Source of the DNA: Acidimicrobiia bacterium
GTDB taxonomy: Bacteria > Actinomycetota > Acidimicrobiia > Spongiisociales > ZC4RG35
Assembly (NCBI GenBank): GCA_041747375.1
Contig: JBGTFH010000076.1
Span: forward strand, 32,671-96,670
DNA length: 64,000 nucleotides
Reading direction: 5' to 3'
Positions 49,934 to 59,227 of the stretch are shown in pieces. Position numbers and translations under genes: made by a program. The notes beneath the pieces are model-generated. The model was not told the DNA's origin and ran no database searches. It was given only the letters and a program-made list of their open reading frames with translations. Within the stretch, counting starts at the first letter, position 1. Every line of letters begins with the position of its first letter.

Positions 49934-50317
49934 ATGGCTGATCGAGTTTTGCGCAGCGATCCTCCAACCCGACCCCTCTATGCTGTGGATATGAGCGACC
50001 GGCAAGATAGTGACGGGTTTACAGAGGGCGACACTCCTGACGCTTCGATCGAGGAGCTCGATCCGAATCCACCCCAGACACTCGGGGTGGCTTGGGGATT
50101 CGTCGCATTTTTGATATTCGCAGCTGTAGCAGCGATCTTTGTCTTCCAAAACAACGAGGCAATTCCCGTCCGGTATCTCTGGTACGACTTCTCGGTAGAT
50201 CTTTGGGTAGTGGTCATGGGCATTGTCTTGTTCACCCTGATCGCCGACCAGGTTGTGAGTCTCTTCTGGAGGCGGAGGAAGCGGAAGAAGATTGCGGCGA
50301 AGGCCCTGAAGAGCTGA
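49934..50317 (+). CDS. LapA-domain (DUF1049) membrane protein
   Basis: 127 aa. Two TM helices flank NNEAIPVRYLWYDFSVDLW, followed by a basic tail RRRKRKK. Confidence 0.6.
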   Translation: MADRVLRSDPPTRPLYAVDMSDRQDSDGFTEGDTPDASIEELDPNPPQTLGVAWGFVAFLIFAAVAAIFVFQNNEAIPVRYLWYDFSVDLWVVVMGIVLFTLIADQVVSLFWRRRKRKKIAAKALKS

Positions 50318-51168
50318 GACGCCGCACGGCGACCTTTGCATGCCTTGTGGTAGTAATTTGTGGATGTTCCTCGCCCGCGGCACGTCCACAGACGACGACC
50401 AACCCTGATCCCACAACGCCACGGTACGACGTTGACCGCCCTGAGGGTTTGCCCACCGGGAAGGTGGTTTGGATCGCCGATGGGGACACCATCGAGGTCG
50501 ATACTGGGGATGGCGTCATCGATGTCAGACTCCTCGGCATCAACACCCCGGAAATCGGCGAATGCTATGGCGAAGAACCGTTGGCCTACCTCATCGAATA
50601 CCTCAAGGGCGAGACAGTCGGATTGGAGATAGCCGACAAAGACCAATTCGGACGTACCCTCGCCAGCGTCTGGCTCGTCGACGAGCTCATCAACCTCACG
50701 CTGGTGAGTGAGGGATATGCAATTGCCTTGACCCCGGGGGTCTCCGACCCCTACGGCTCGATGCTTCTCGTCGCCGAAGAACTATCTTTCGCCTCCGGTT
50801 CAGGCCTGTGGTCGCCCGAGGCGTGCGGCGGTGGGGAGGTGGCCGACGTGAGATTCGATATCGATGCATCACAGTTCAACCCGCCCGGGCCTGACGACGA
50901 CGCTCTCGACGACGAGTACATCGTCATCGTCAACGATGGAAGTGAGGCTATCCAACTTAAAGGCTGGACCCTGCGGGACGAGTCATCGCTCAACCGTTTG
51001 GCATTTGACGGGTCGGTGACTTTGGCCAGTGGTGAGCGGTTGACGATCGCATCAGGCTGTTCGACCGATCCGGGATGGTGCGGCACCACTCCGATTTGGA
51101 ACAACGACGGCGACATGGCACTTCTGCTCGATGAAGCGGGTCGGGTTGTTGCCAGAGCCCGTTATTGA
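50314..51168 (+). CDS. secreted thermonuclease (SNase) fused to a lamin-tail (LTD) domain, lipoprotein
   Basis: DGDTIEV...VRLLGINTPE...FGRTLA SNase motifs; C-terminal EYIVIVNDGSEAIQLKGWTLRD LTD. Signal RRRTATFACLVVVICGCSS. Start uncertain (CTG 50314 or GTG 50347); there is no ATG downstream of the LapA stop. Confidence 0.7.
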   Translation: MRRRTATFACLVVVICGCSSPAARPQTTTNPDPTTPRYDVDRPEGLPTGKVVWIADGDTIEVDTGDGVIDVRLLGINTPEIGECYGEEPLAYLIEYLKGETVGLEIADKDQFGRTLASVWLVDELINLTLVSEGYAIALTPGVSDPYGSMLLVAEELSFASGSGLWSPEACGGGEVADVRFDIDASQFNPPGPDDDALDDEYIVIVNDGSEAIQLKGWTLRDESSLNRLAFDGSVTLASGERLTIASGCSTDPGWCGTTPIWNNDGDMALLLDEAGRVVARARY

Positions 51169-52382
51169 TTCGACTCGGGACCGAGCTCGAGTCTCCAGAT
51201 CTCGCCATCGAGATTGGCGACGTACAACTCACCGTTCCGATCGGAGCCGATGGTCGTGACATTTCCGAGACGGTCCTCCCGGCTCTTGGTCCAATCAACC
51301 ACCTCGAGGACTTCGCTGTCATCGAGGACAACGCTCCGGATCCATCCCAAGCAATAGTCGGCGAAGAAATAGTGCCCGTCGAGCGGATCCATCAGCTCAC
51401 CTCTGTAGACCTCGCCGCCAACCATGGCACAGCCGTTGCCGTTGTGTAGATACTCATAGACGGGCAGCGTGTGACCGCTCATGTCACAGGTGGCGGTGTT
51501 GTAACACCCGGTGCCCTCCGACACCGACCAGCCGAAGTTGTGGCCGCCCTCGCGAATCGGGATGACGTTAAGTTCTTCACTTCCCTCCTGGCCGACGTCA
51601 GGGATGTATAGGAAACCTGTCTCAGCGTCATAGGAGATGCGCCACGGGTTTCGCAAGCCGAAGGCCCAAACTTCGGGACGCCCCCCGCCGGAGACAAAGG
51701 GGTTGTTCGAGGGGATGGCGTAGGGACGGCCGTGGTCGACATCGATCCTGACAATCGTAGCGAGGAGAGTTTCCGGGTTCTGGCCCTGCTTGTCCGGGTC
51801 ACCGATGCCTCCCCCGTCGCCCAGCGACAACCAGAGAAATCCGTCAGGCCCGAAGAACATCGAACCCGACTGGTGGTATTGGCCTCGCTGCGGGATGGTA
51901 AGGATCGTTCGCAGAGTCTCCCGATCGAATTTATCCGGGTCGTCGGTGTTGACTGTGCCCTCCATCAACTGTGACGTGCCGTCGAGATCGGTGAAGAAGA
52001 TGAACACCTTCCCATTCGACCCGAATTCCGGGTGGAATCGCAGACTGAGCAAACCTTGTTCATTGCCCTCGGAGAGCACCAAATCGCTGACGTCGAGGAA
52101 TGGCTCGTCCAACACCCTCCCATCATGGACGATTCGGATTATCCCCTGCTTCTCGACAACGAATATTCGATCCGATCGGGGGTCAGCTACAACGTCGACC
52201 GGGGCTTCGAGACCATCCACGATCAGGCGTGGTTCCAGCGTCAGTCCGTCGTGCGGACCAACGACCACTTCGCCCGGTGGCGGCAAAGCGCCAGCTGGTG
52301 TGTCGACGAGGGTAGGCCCGGAAGTGAGGACCAAAAACGCCACGACAACGGCCACGACGCCTACGGCAAGGTACTTGAGCAC
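51162..52382 (-). CDS. PQQ-dependent soluble sugar dehydrogenase-type beta-propeller, N-terminal TM anchor (paralogue of 48750..49922)
   Basis: GTG at 52382 gives (M)LKYLAVGVVAVVVAFLVLTSG. QYHQSGSMFFGPDGFLWLSLGDGG and GLRNPWR motifs. A longer ORF-track start would overlap the divergent gene. Confidence 0.75.
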   Translation of the reverse strand: MLKYLAVGVVAVVVAFLVLTSGPTLVDTPAGALPPPGEVVVGPHDGLTLEPRLIVDGLEAPVDVVADPRSDRIFVVEKQGIIRIVHDGRVLDEPFLDVSDLVLSEGNEQGLLSLRFHPEFGSNGKVFIFFTDLDGTSQLMEGTVNTDDPDKFDRETLRTILTIPQRGQYHQSGSMFFGPDGFLWLSLGDGGGIGDPDKQGQNPETLLATIVRIDVDHGRPYAIPSNNPFVSGGGRPEVWAFGLRNPWRISYDAETGFLYIPDVGQEGSEELNVIPIREGGHNFGWSVSEGTGCYNTATCDMSGHTLPVYEYLHNGNGCAMVGGEVYRGELMDPLDGHYFFADYCLGWIRSVVLDDSEVLEVVDWTKSREDRLGNVTTIGSDRNGELYVANLDGEIWRLELGPESNQ

Positions 52383-52455
52383 GAGACAACGATATTGACG
52401 CGCCGTTGCTATGAAGACCCTACGATTGAGAAACAGCCACGTGCGAGGGACCGAC

Positions 52456-52824
52456 ATGAGTTTCATGGACAACGTCAAGAAGTGGATGGGCACGGCCAAA
52501 GAAGGCGCTGCCGATCTTGCCGGGAAGGCAGAGCCCGCGGTCGAGAAGGCGAAGGACTTCGCTTCCGACGCCAAGGACAAGGCCGGACCGATGGTTGACA
52601 GGGCCAAGGAGAAATCGGCTCCGGTCTATGAGACAGCCAAAGAAAAGACCGTCGCCGCCGCCGGGACGGTCAGCGCAAAAGCATCCGACATCACTAGGTC
52701 TGGTGTGAGCGCCGCCTCCGGGGCCGCCGAGAGAGCTGAAGACACGGCATCGCACGCGGCCGGGCAAGACGAAGACGCCGCGCCTGACCTGACGGCCGGG
52801 GCCGGGGAAGACTCAGACGACTGA
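52456..52824 (+). CDS. hydrophilic LEA-like 11-mer repeat protein
   Basis: ATG at 52456 preceded by GAGGGA. Units VEKAKDFASDA / KDKAGPMVDRA / KEKSAPVYETA / KEKTVAAAGTV, and an acidic tail. Confidence 0.6.
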   Translation: MSFMDNVKKWMGTAKEGAADLAGKAEPAVEKAKDFASDAKDKAGPMVDRAKEKSAPVYETAKEKTVAAAGTVSAKASDITRSGVSAASGAAERAEDTASHAAGQDEDAAPDLTAGAGEDSDD

Positions 52825-52879
52825 CGGTGATCCTGGATCAACCCCATCCTTTGCATCACCAACGGAAGAGAGACTCCTT

Positions 52880-54058
52880 TTGAGCGGACGTATTTCCGAG
52901 CGCCTGCTTGCATTACCCGGTTCGGCGACCATGGCCATCAGCGCCCGCGCCCGCGAGTTGCAAGATATGGGTCGCCACGTGATCGCCTTTGCCGCGGGCG
53001 AGCCCGACTTTCCCACGCCCGAGCACATCACCGCAGCCGCGGCCCGGTCGTGTAACGACCCCGCCAATCATCACTACACCGCCAACGCTGGTCTTATCGA
53101 GCTCCGCCGCGCTATCGCCGAATACACGAACACATACTCCGGGGTTCCGGTCGATGCTGCCGAAGTCGTAGTGACAAACGGGGCTAAACAGGCTGTATAC
53201 CAAACTTTCGCCGCCCTGATCGACCCGGGCGACGAGGTCTTGCTCCCTTCCCCGCACTGGGTCACCTATCCGTCCGGTGTCGAGTTGTCAGGCGGCGTGG
53301 CAGTCCCCATCCCGACAACGATGGAGGAAGGTTTCAAAGTGTCTGTCGAAACCCTGGAGCGGTATCGAACCGACCGGACCAAGATGTTGATCTTCGTATC
53401 ACCGTCCAACCCGACCGGGGCCGTTTACAGCGCTGAGGAAGCGCGGGCGATTGGTGAGTGGGCACGGGACGCCGGGATCTGGGTGATGGCCGACGAGATT
53501 TATCAGCGCCTCGATTATGAGACCAGCGTTTCGCCCTCGATCGTCGCCGAGACGGCGCGGTTCGAAAACTGGATTCTCGTCAACGGAGTGGCCAAGTCTT
53601 ATGCGATGACCGGTTGGCGGGTTGGCTGGATGGTTGGCCCGAAAGACGTCATCGACGCTGCTGCCCGGCACCAGTCTCACGCGACATCCAATGTGGGGAA
53701 TGTCGCACAACACGCCGCTCTTGCCGCGCTGACCGGATCGCAGGATTCGGTGGTGAAAATGCGTGATGCCTTCAACCGTCGGCGAAAGTTGATGTTCGAG
53801 ATGGTCTCGGCGCTCGATGGAGTCCGATGCCTCGAACCCAGGGGAGCTTTCTACGTCTTCCCGGATGTCTCCGACCTGCTCGGCGATCGATGGGCGACGT
53901 CCAACGACTTTGCGACCGCGGCTATCGAAGAGGCCGCCGTCGCCCTGGTTCCAGGCGAGTCGTTCGGCGCACCGGGCTTCGTCAGACTCTCCTACGCCAC
54001 GAGCGATGCCGACATCGAGCAAGGAATGAGCCGGATCGCTGCCCTGATCCGGGGCTGA
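52880..54058 (+). CDS. aspC: class I PLP-dependent aspartate/aromatic aminotransferase
   Basis: 392 aa. GEPDFPTP, PSNPTG, and PLP-lysine context NGVAKSYAMTGWRVGW. TTG start. Confidence 0.88.
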   Translation: MSGRISERLLALPGSATMAISARARELQDMGRHVIAFAAGEPDFPTPEHITAAAARSCNDPANHHYTANAGLIELRRAIAEYTNTYSGVPVDAAEVVVTNGAKQAVYQTFAALIDPGDEVLLPSPHWVTYPSGVELSGGVAVPIPTTMEEGFKVSVETLERYRTDRTKMLIFVSPSNPTGAVYSAEEARAIGEWARDAGIWVMADEIYQRLDYETSVSPSIVAETARFENWILVNGVAKSYAMTGWRVGWMVGPKDVIDAAARHQSHATSNVGNVAQHAALAALTGSQDSVVKMRDAFNRRRKLMFEMVSALDGVRCLEPRGAFYVFPDVSDLLGDRWATSNDFATAAIEEAAVALVPGESFGAPGFVRLSYATSDADIEQGMSRIAALIRG

Positions 54059-54094
54059 TTTCGACAGTCGAATACCGGTTTAGACTGCTCCCCT

Positions 54095-55171
54095 ATGGTA
54101 TCGGGGACAACAGCACGAGCCATGATGCTCGTCGAGCCCAAGCACTTTTCGCTAACGAGCCTTCCGACGCCGGACGTGGAAGGGGGCGGTTGGCTCGCTG
54201 TCGAAGCGACATCGATTTCAGGTGCTGACGTCCAGGTGTGGAGTGGCGAAGCGCGTGAGGTCGTGTATCCGCTCATCCCCGGTCACGAAGTGGTGGGCCG
54301 GATTGCCAAATCCGCACCGAACATTCCGTACCCGGTAGGCACGAGAGTGGTGGTCGAACCACGGATGCATTGCGGCGAGTGCCGGCGATGCCTGCAGAAT
54401 CTGGCGACGTGTGTCCGCCGTCGCCCGTTCAATTCTTACGGCTTCATCCCATCGGTCGAGCCGCCGGGCCTGTGGGGCGGACTCGCCGAACTGCTGTATC
54501 TCGATCCATTCGCCCGAATGCACGAGATCACCGATGATGTCCCGGCCGAAGTTGCCACATTCGTCCACCCGCTCGCATCCGGCCACAGCTGGGCCGTGGA
54601 GACACCTGTCCTTCAACCGGGCGAAGACGTGATGATCCTCGGCCCTGGCCCGCGCGGCCTTGCCTGTCTGATTGCTGCCAAGGCAGCCGGAGCACGATGG
54701 GTCGGCATCGCCGGTCTGTCCCACGATCGCGACCGTCTCGATCTGGCGACGCGCCTCGGTGCCGACATGGCAATCGACATCGAGACCAACGATCTCGCTG
54801 GTGCCATCGCGGAGGCGATCGGTCGACGGCCCGACATTGTGATCGATGTGACATCGAATGACCCGGAGGCTGTCTTCACGGCGATGGACATGGTGCGTAG
54901 CGGCGGCCGGGTTGTTCTCGCATCAACAAAGGGGAACCGTGCGTTCCACTTCCTGTCCGACGTGATCGTCGCCAAACAGCTGTCAATCAAGGGCGCGATA
55001 GGAGCGTCGTCGGTCGGATATCAGTGGGCAGCAAGGCAACTGGAGACCGACCCCCGAATCGACGACCTGGTATCCCACCAGTTCCCGCTCTCGGAGGCCC
55101 CGCGGGCGCTTCAGGCGGCCGCGGGACTACTCGGGCGGGAAGAGTTGATTTCGGTTGCAGTGACCTTCTGA
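54095..55171 (+). CDS. zinc-dependent medium-chain alcohol/polyol dehydrogenase
   Basis: GHEVVGRI catalytic-zinc motif, structural-zinc CGECRRCLQNLATC, GPGPRGL Rossmann motif. Start could be 54122. Confidence 0.85.
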   Translation: MVSGTTARAMMLVEPKHFSLTSLPTPDVEGGGWLAVEATSISGADVQVWSGEAREVVYPLIPGHEVVGRIAKSAPNIPYPVGTRVVVEPRMHCGECRRCLQNLATCVRRRPFNSYGFIPSVEPPGLWGGLAELLYLDPFARMHEITDDVPAEVATFVHPLASGHSWAVETPVLQPGEDVMILGPGPRGLACLIAAKAAGARWVGIAGLSHDRDRLDLATRLGADMAIDIETNDLAGAIAEAIGRRPDIVIDVTSNDPEAVFTAMDMVRSGGRVVLASTKGNRAFHFLSDVIVAKQLSIKGAIGASSVGYQWAARQLETDPRIDDLVSHQFPLSEAPRALQAAAGLLGREELISVAVTF

Positions 55172-55172
55172 G

Positions 55173-56444
55173 ATGACCTCAGGGGCCGTTGCGAGCCGAC
55201 GGTCGGTCCGGGCGTGGGTCGTCTACGACCTGGCGAACACCATTTTCGCCCTCGGCGTATTGGGCCTCTACTTCCCTGATTGGATCACCTCACTCGGCCA
55301 CTCCGACAGCCTTCTCGCATTTATCGAGGCTATCGCCGGCGCGATTGTGATATTCGTTGCTCCCTGGGCCGGCGCTCGAAGCGATGCCAGGGGGAAGAAA
55401 ATACCCACTCTGATAGTCACCACCGTGATTGCGGTCCTCGCTACGTCGCTGCTCGGAATAGATGTCAGATCGTCGGCCCTGCTCCTCGTGGCCGCTTTGA
55501 TCGCCTTCAATATCGGCGGGGTCGTTTATGACGCTTTGCTGTCGGAAGTCAGCACAGAGGCGAACCGCGGTCGGATCTCGGGATGGGGCGTCGGAATCGG
55601 ATACATCGGTTCATATATCGGCCTGCTCATCGGGATCATCACCCTCGATGTCCTCGATCTGGGGTACCCGGCAACATTTCGCGGACTGGCACTCGGATTT
55701 CTCCTGTTTTCTTTGCCTGCCTTCTTCTACATCAGGGAGCGACACCGACAGCCAACTCCCCCACCAGGCATCAGAGAACTGCCCGGTCGCCTGATTGCGT
55801 CGTGGAGAAAAGCAGGCGCCTACCCGGGGGTGGTCAGGTTCCTCGTCAGTAGGTTTCTCTATACCGATGCGATCAACACACTCATCGGCGGCTTCCTGAC
55901 CATATTTGTGATTCAGGAGTTGGGGCTCGACCGCAGATTCGTCACGGCCCTCCTTGGCGTCGCCATCACGACTGCAATCTTCGGGGGGATCTTCGGCGGG
56001 CGGTTCGTGGAGGACTACGGGCCCAACCGCGTCCTCAGAGTGGTGCTCGTAGTCTGGATGGTTGCTATCGCCTCAGGAATTCTGGCTGCAGCGACCGGGC
56101 AGACCTGGATCGCCTGGGCGATCGGCCCGCTCGGAGGTTTTGCCCTTGGCGCCACCTGGGCGTCCGATCGGGTTGTGATGGTGCGCATCTCTCCTCCCCG
56201 CCACCTCGGCGAGTTCTACGGCCTCTACGCCACTGTCGGGCGATTCGCAACGATTCTGGGACCCCTCACCTGGGCATTGATCGTTGATGGGTTGGGTTGG
56301 GGCCGGCAGGCCGCGATGGGCGCCCTGGTCATCTTCATCCTCGCGGGATGGGCAATTCTCGGCGGGGTGGACGATTCAGTCCGTGAATGGCCCAGTGCCG
56401 ATCGGATTCCCGGACCTACTGATCGCGACGAACTCCCGAGATGA
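55173..56444 (+). CDS. MFS transporter (UMF1/Atg22-like)
   Basis: 423 aa, approx 12 TM helices. N-terminal WVVYDLANTIF is typical of the UMF1 group. Confidence 0.7.
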   Translation: MTSGAVASRRSVRAWVVYDLANTIFALGVLGLYFPDWITSLGHSDSLLAFIEAIAGAIVIFVAPWAGARSDARGKKIPTLIVTTVIAVLATSLLGIDVRSSALLLVAALIAFNIGGVVYDALLSEVSTEANRGRISGWGVGIGYIGSYIGLLIGIITLDVLDLGYPATFRGLALGFLLFSLPAFFYIRERHRQPTPPPGIRELPGRLIASWRKAGAYPGVVRFLVSRFLYTDAINTLIGGFLTIFVIQELGLDRRFVTALLGVAITTAIFGGIFGGRFVEDYGPNRVLRVVLVVWMVAIASGILAAATGQTWIAWAIGPLGGFALGATWASDRVVMVRISPPRHLGEFYGLYATVGRFATILGPLTWALIVDGLGWGRQAAMGALVIFILAGWAILGGVDDSVREWPSADRIPGPTDRDELPR

Positions 56445-57378
56445 GATGCTGTTCCACTGCGTAGGGAATCGGTAGATCGCGCACTTCTGCAGGTCCTCTA
56501 ACCAGACGACGTCCGATCTCCGCGAACCATGTGTCGTTGGCAAATGCCCAGGGCCAGGCCAAGATACCCACCCGTGCTCCCAGAATTGCGCCGACCGCGG
56601 CGCCTCCATTGGCCCCACCGATCTTGACACCCTCGACGACCGGTTCATGAGACCGATCTGCAGTTGGAGCAGCAACCAGCAACATCGCCAGGGTTGCGTC
56701 CAGCGAACTGGCTCTGCCATCGACCCGCACCCGGTCGAGCGCTTCGAGACCGGATCGCAAGCCATATGACTCCACCAGACCCGAAATACGAGCAGGGGCG
56801 TCAGCGATTAGATCGATATCGACAAGGCCCACCAAACCGGTGCTGAGCTCGTTGACAGCAGGCTCCACCGATTCCGAAACCCCGAGCAGCAAGTCACGGC
56901 CGACCTGTCCGAAACACGATGCAGCGACAGCAGCTGCGACGATCACTCCACTCAGAAGCGATGGAGCGTCATTGTGAAACAGCCGGTTCAGTCCGAAAAC
57001 CTCCTGGTAGAGGGTCTCCGGGTCGCGTCGGTAGTAGACACCTATCGGGGCCGACCGACCGATCGGATCGAGCGACGGGGTCTCATCGGGTACCGGCGAC
57101 CCGAAGGCGGCACCGTCGAGCCAGCTTCGAAACTCCGGTGTCTCAGCACGAAACACCGGCTCTTCGTCCTGGGATCCGTCGAGCTCGAGAACCGAGTCGG
57201 TGAATCGAGCCCTGTCGATCTGGCCATGGCCGATCAATTCGTACGAGATAATCGTGGCCTGTTGTGTGATTGCCGAATATCCGAGTTTCCATGCGCCGCT
57301 CGCCGTGTCTCCAGCCGCCAGTCCGAGGAGTGCGCCATCGCCTTCCCCGGCGATCAGTGAAAACAGAGGCTCCGTCAT
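56416..57378 (-). CDS. ADP-ribosylglycohydrolase-family protein
   Basis: 320 aa, all-helical composition. GLAAGDT near the N-terminus and GGANGGAAVGAILGARVG near the C-terminus, as in the DraG/ARH family. Confidence 0.5.
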   Translation of the reverse strand: MTEPLFSLIAGEGDGALLGLAAGDTASGAWKLGYSAITQQATIISYELIGHGQIDRARFTDSVLELDGSQDEEPVFRAETPEFRSWLDGAAFGSPVPDETPSLDPIGRSAPIGVYYRRDPETLYQEVFGLNRLFHNDAPSLLSGVIVAAAVAASCFGQVGRDLLLGVSESVEPAVNELSTGLVGLVDIDLIADAPARISGLVESYGLRSGLEALDRVRVDGRASSLDATLAMLLVAAPTADRSHEPVVEGVKIGGANGGAAVGAILGARVGILAWPWAFANDTWFAEIGRRLVRGPAEVRDLPIPYAVEQHLISGVRRDQ

Positions 57379-57469
57379 GGGTGGCAGGGTATACCAAGCG
57401 GGACGTCAGGACGCGGTTGGATTGAAACGGCAGAATGCTCAGGACATAGATTTTCACTACCGTCGGTGT

Positions 57470-58399
57470 GTGGATCGAGCAGTAGTAATAGCGAACCCGG
57501 CCGCATCCCAGTTCACCGGTGGTGCCCACCGCGACGTCATGGCCATCTTGAACAAACATTTCGATGTCTCGGCGATCTGGCCCAAGTCGGGGACCGACGC
57601 CACAAAGGAGAGTCGAAAGTGGGCAGCGAAAGGCGTCCAGCTAATCGTTGCCATGGGTGGTGACGGGATGGTCCATCACGTCGCCCAGGGGTTGATCGAC
57701 AGCGAGTCGGCCCTCGGGATCATCCCGGTTGGAACCACCAATGTCATCGGGCGTGTGTTCGGCATCCCCAAATCTCCAACCAAGGCGGCGAAACTCCTCA
57801 CCCAGCACCGGGAACCCGCCCTGGTCGGAACGCTTGAAGTGGCCCTGGTCCGCGGTGCCGTGGAGTCCCGTCACTTTGCGATCTTCGCCTGCGGGCTAGG
57901 ACTCGACGCAGACGTGATCATCGCCGCCGACAAAGAGCCCTATAGGAAATACCGGTTCGGGTCGATCCATTATGCGAGGTCTGCGATTGGGGTGGCCATG
58001 GGCAGTTTCCCGAAGAAACGCCCCCACATCTCGGTTGCCTCCACAGATCGGGAAGCCCTGGTCTCCGCAGTCGCATTCCAGTTTCGGGACGTTTACACCT
58101 ACTTCGGGCGGCTCCCGATCCGGCTGGGCAGCGAGGCCCCCGATCCGGTGACCGCTCTTCTGGTCGATCGGTTGAAGCGACTACGGGTACCCATGATCAC
58201 CGGGAAGATCCTTGCCGGGGCCGACCTGTCCAAACTCGAAGAGGCTCAAGTCTGGACGGGACTCGATCTGGTGAGTGCAACGGCCGATCCTCCGATAGCG
58301 GCCCAGGCAGACGGGGAGTCGTTAGGCATGGTCGACGCCGCTACCTTCACCTGGCACCCCGACTCGCTGAGAGTCCGCGGCGGCCATTCTCCCCACTGA
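57470..58399 (+). CDS. diacylglycerol-kinase-family lipid kinase (YegS/BmrU type)
   Basis: GTG at 57470 gives (M)DRAVVIANPAAS. VAMGGDGMVHHVAQGL and IIPVGTTNV motifs. Confidence 0.8.
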   Translation: MDRAVVIANPAASQFTGGAHRDVMAILNKHFDVSAIWPKSGTDATKESRKWAAKGVQLIVAMGGDGMVHHVAQGLIDSESALGIIPVGTTNVIGRVFGIPKSPTKAAKLLTQHREPALVGTLEVALVRGAVESRHFAIFACGLGLDADVIIAADKEPYRKYRFGSIHYARSAIGVAMGSFPKKRPHISVASTDREALVSAVAFQFRDVYTYFGRLPIRLGSEAPDPVTALLVDRLKRLRVPMITGKILAGADLSKLEEAQVWTGLDLVSATADPPIAAQADGESLGMVDAATFTWHPDSLRVRGGHSPH

Positions 58400-58417
58400 T
58401 GGTAAGGAGCGGGTCGA

Positions 58418-59212
58418 TCACGAGATTTCGATTCCTTCCGCGTCAAAACGGTTTTTAACCCGGCGGCGTGCCTCCCGCAGCGATTCCCAACGTCTCCCCG
58501 CCGGCACGGTCATACGGGAACGAAGCACCACGACACTGTCGCCAATACTCTGCACTCCCAACACGACCGGGGGCGCCACCATCGAATCGACCCAATCGGG
58601 TTCTTGGGACATCGCGGTCAGTTCGTCGCGCAACACTTCCATAACCTGGTCGACATCCTCTTTGTAGGCGACGCCGATGTCGAGGAGTGGCTGGGCGTAC
58701 ACGGCGGTGAGGTTGCTGCTCACCTTGATTTCCCCGTTGGGCACGAAGTGCTTGTTGCCCTCGGCGTCACGCAGCACCGTCACCCGGAACTGGATGTCCT
58801 CCACGGTCCCCTCGGTGTCGGCAATCCTCACCACATCGCCGATATGGAACTGGTTCTCAGCAAGGATGAAGAAGCCGGCGATGAGGTCCCTGACCAGATG
58901 TTGGGCGCCAAAGCCGATGGCGGCGCCAAACAAGGCGCCGAATGCCACCAGGGGGCCGAGGTCGAGACCCCACACCGAGACGGCGAGGACCAAAGCCGTC
59001 AGAGTCGCGATGACGACCTGAAGCAACCTCCTGCCGACTTTCCCGAGAGTTCCTATCCGGCCCTCGGCATCGGGAGTGCCCCCATACATCCGTTTCAGCA
59101 ACCTCGCTCCAGATGCTTTGGCGATGAGATAGAGGACGTAGGCAACGCCGATCACCACCAATGAGGCGACGAACTTCGCCGAACTCTCCTGGGCGATCCA
59201 CTCTTCAAACAC
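58418..59212 (-). CDS. small-conductance mechanosensitive channel (MscS family)
   Basis: 264 aa. Three TM helices, then FHIGDVVRIADTEGTVEDIQFRVTVLRDAEGNKHFVPNGEI. Confidence 0.88.
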   Translation of the reverse strand: MFEEWIAQESSAKFVASLVVIGVAYVLYLIAKASGARLLKRMYGGTPDAEGRIGTLGKVGRRLLQVVIATLTALVLAVSVWGLDLGPLVAFGALFGAAIGFGAQHLVRDLIAGFFILAENQFHIGDVVRIADTEGTVEDIQFRVTVLRDAEGNKHFVPNGEIKVSSNLTAVYAQPLLDIGVAYKEDVDQVMEVLRDELTAMSQEPDWVDSMVAPPVVLGVQSIGDSVVVLRSRMTVPAGRRWESLREARRRVKNRFDAEGIEIS

Positions 59213-59227
59213 GGGTTCGGACCTTAA

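Noticed and set aside
57200-57469. Long N-terminal extension of the lipid-kinase ORF, including an ATG at 57377 overlapping the divergent gene's start
   Set aside because: The extension is non-conserved-looking and overlaps the ADP-ribosylglycohydrolase-like gene. GTG at 57470 begins exactly at the family's first beta-strand.
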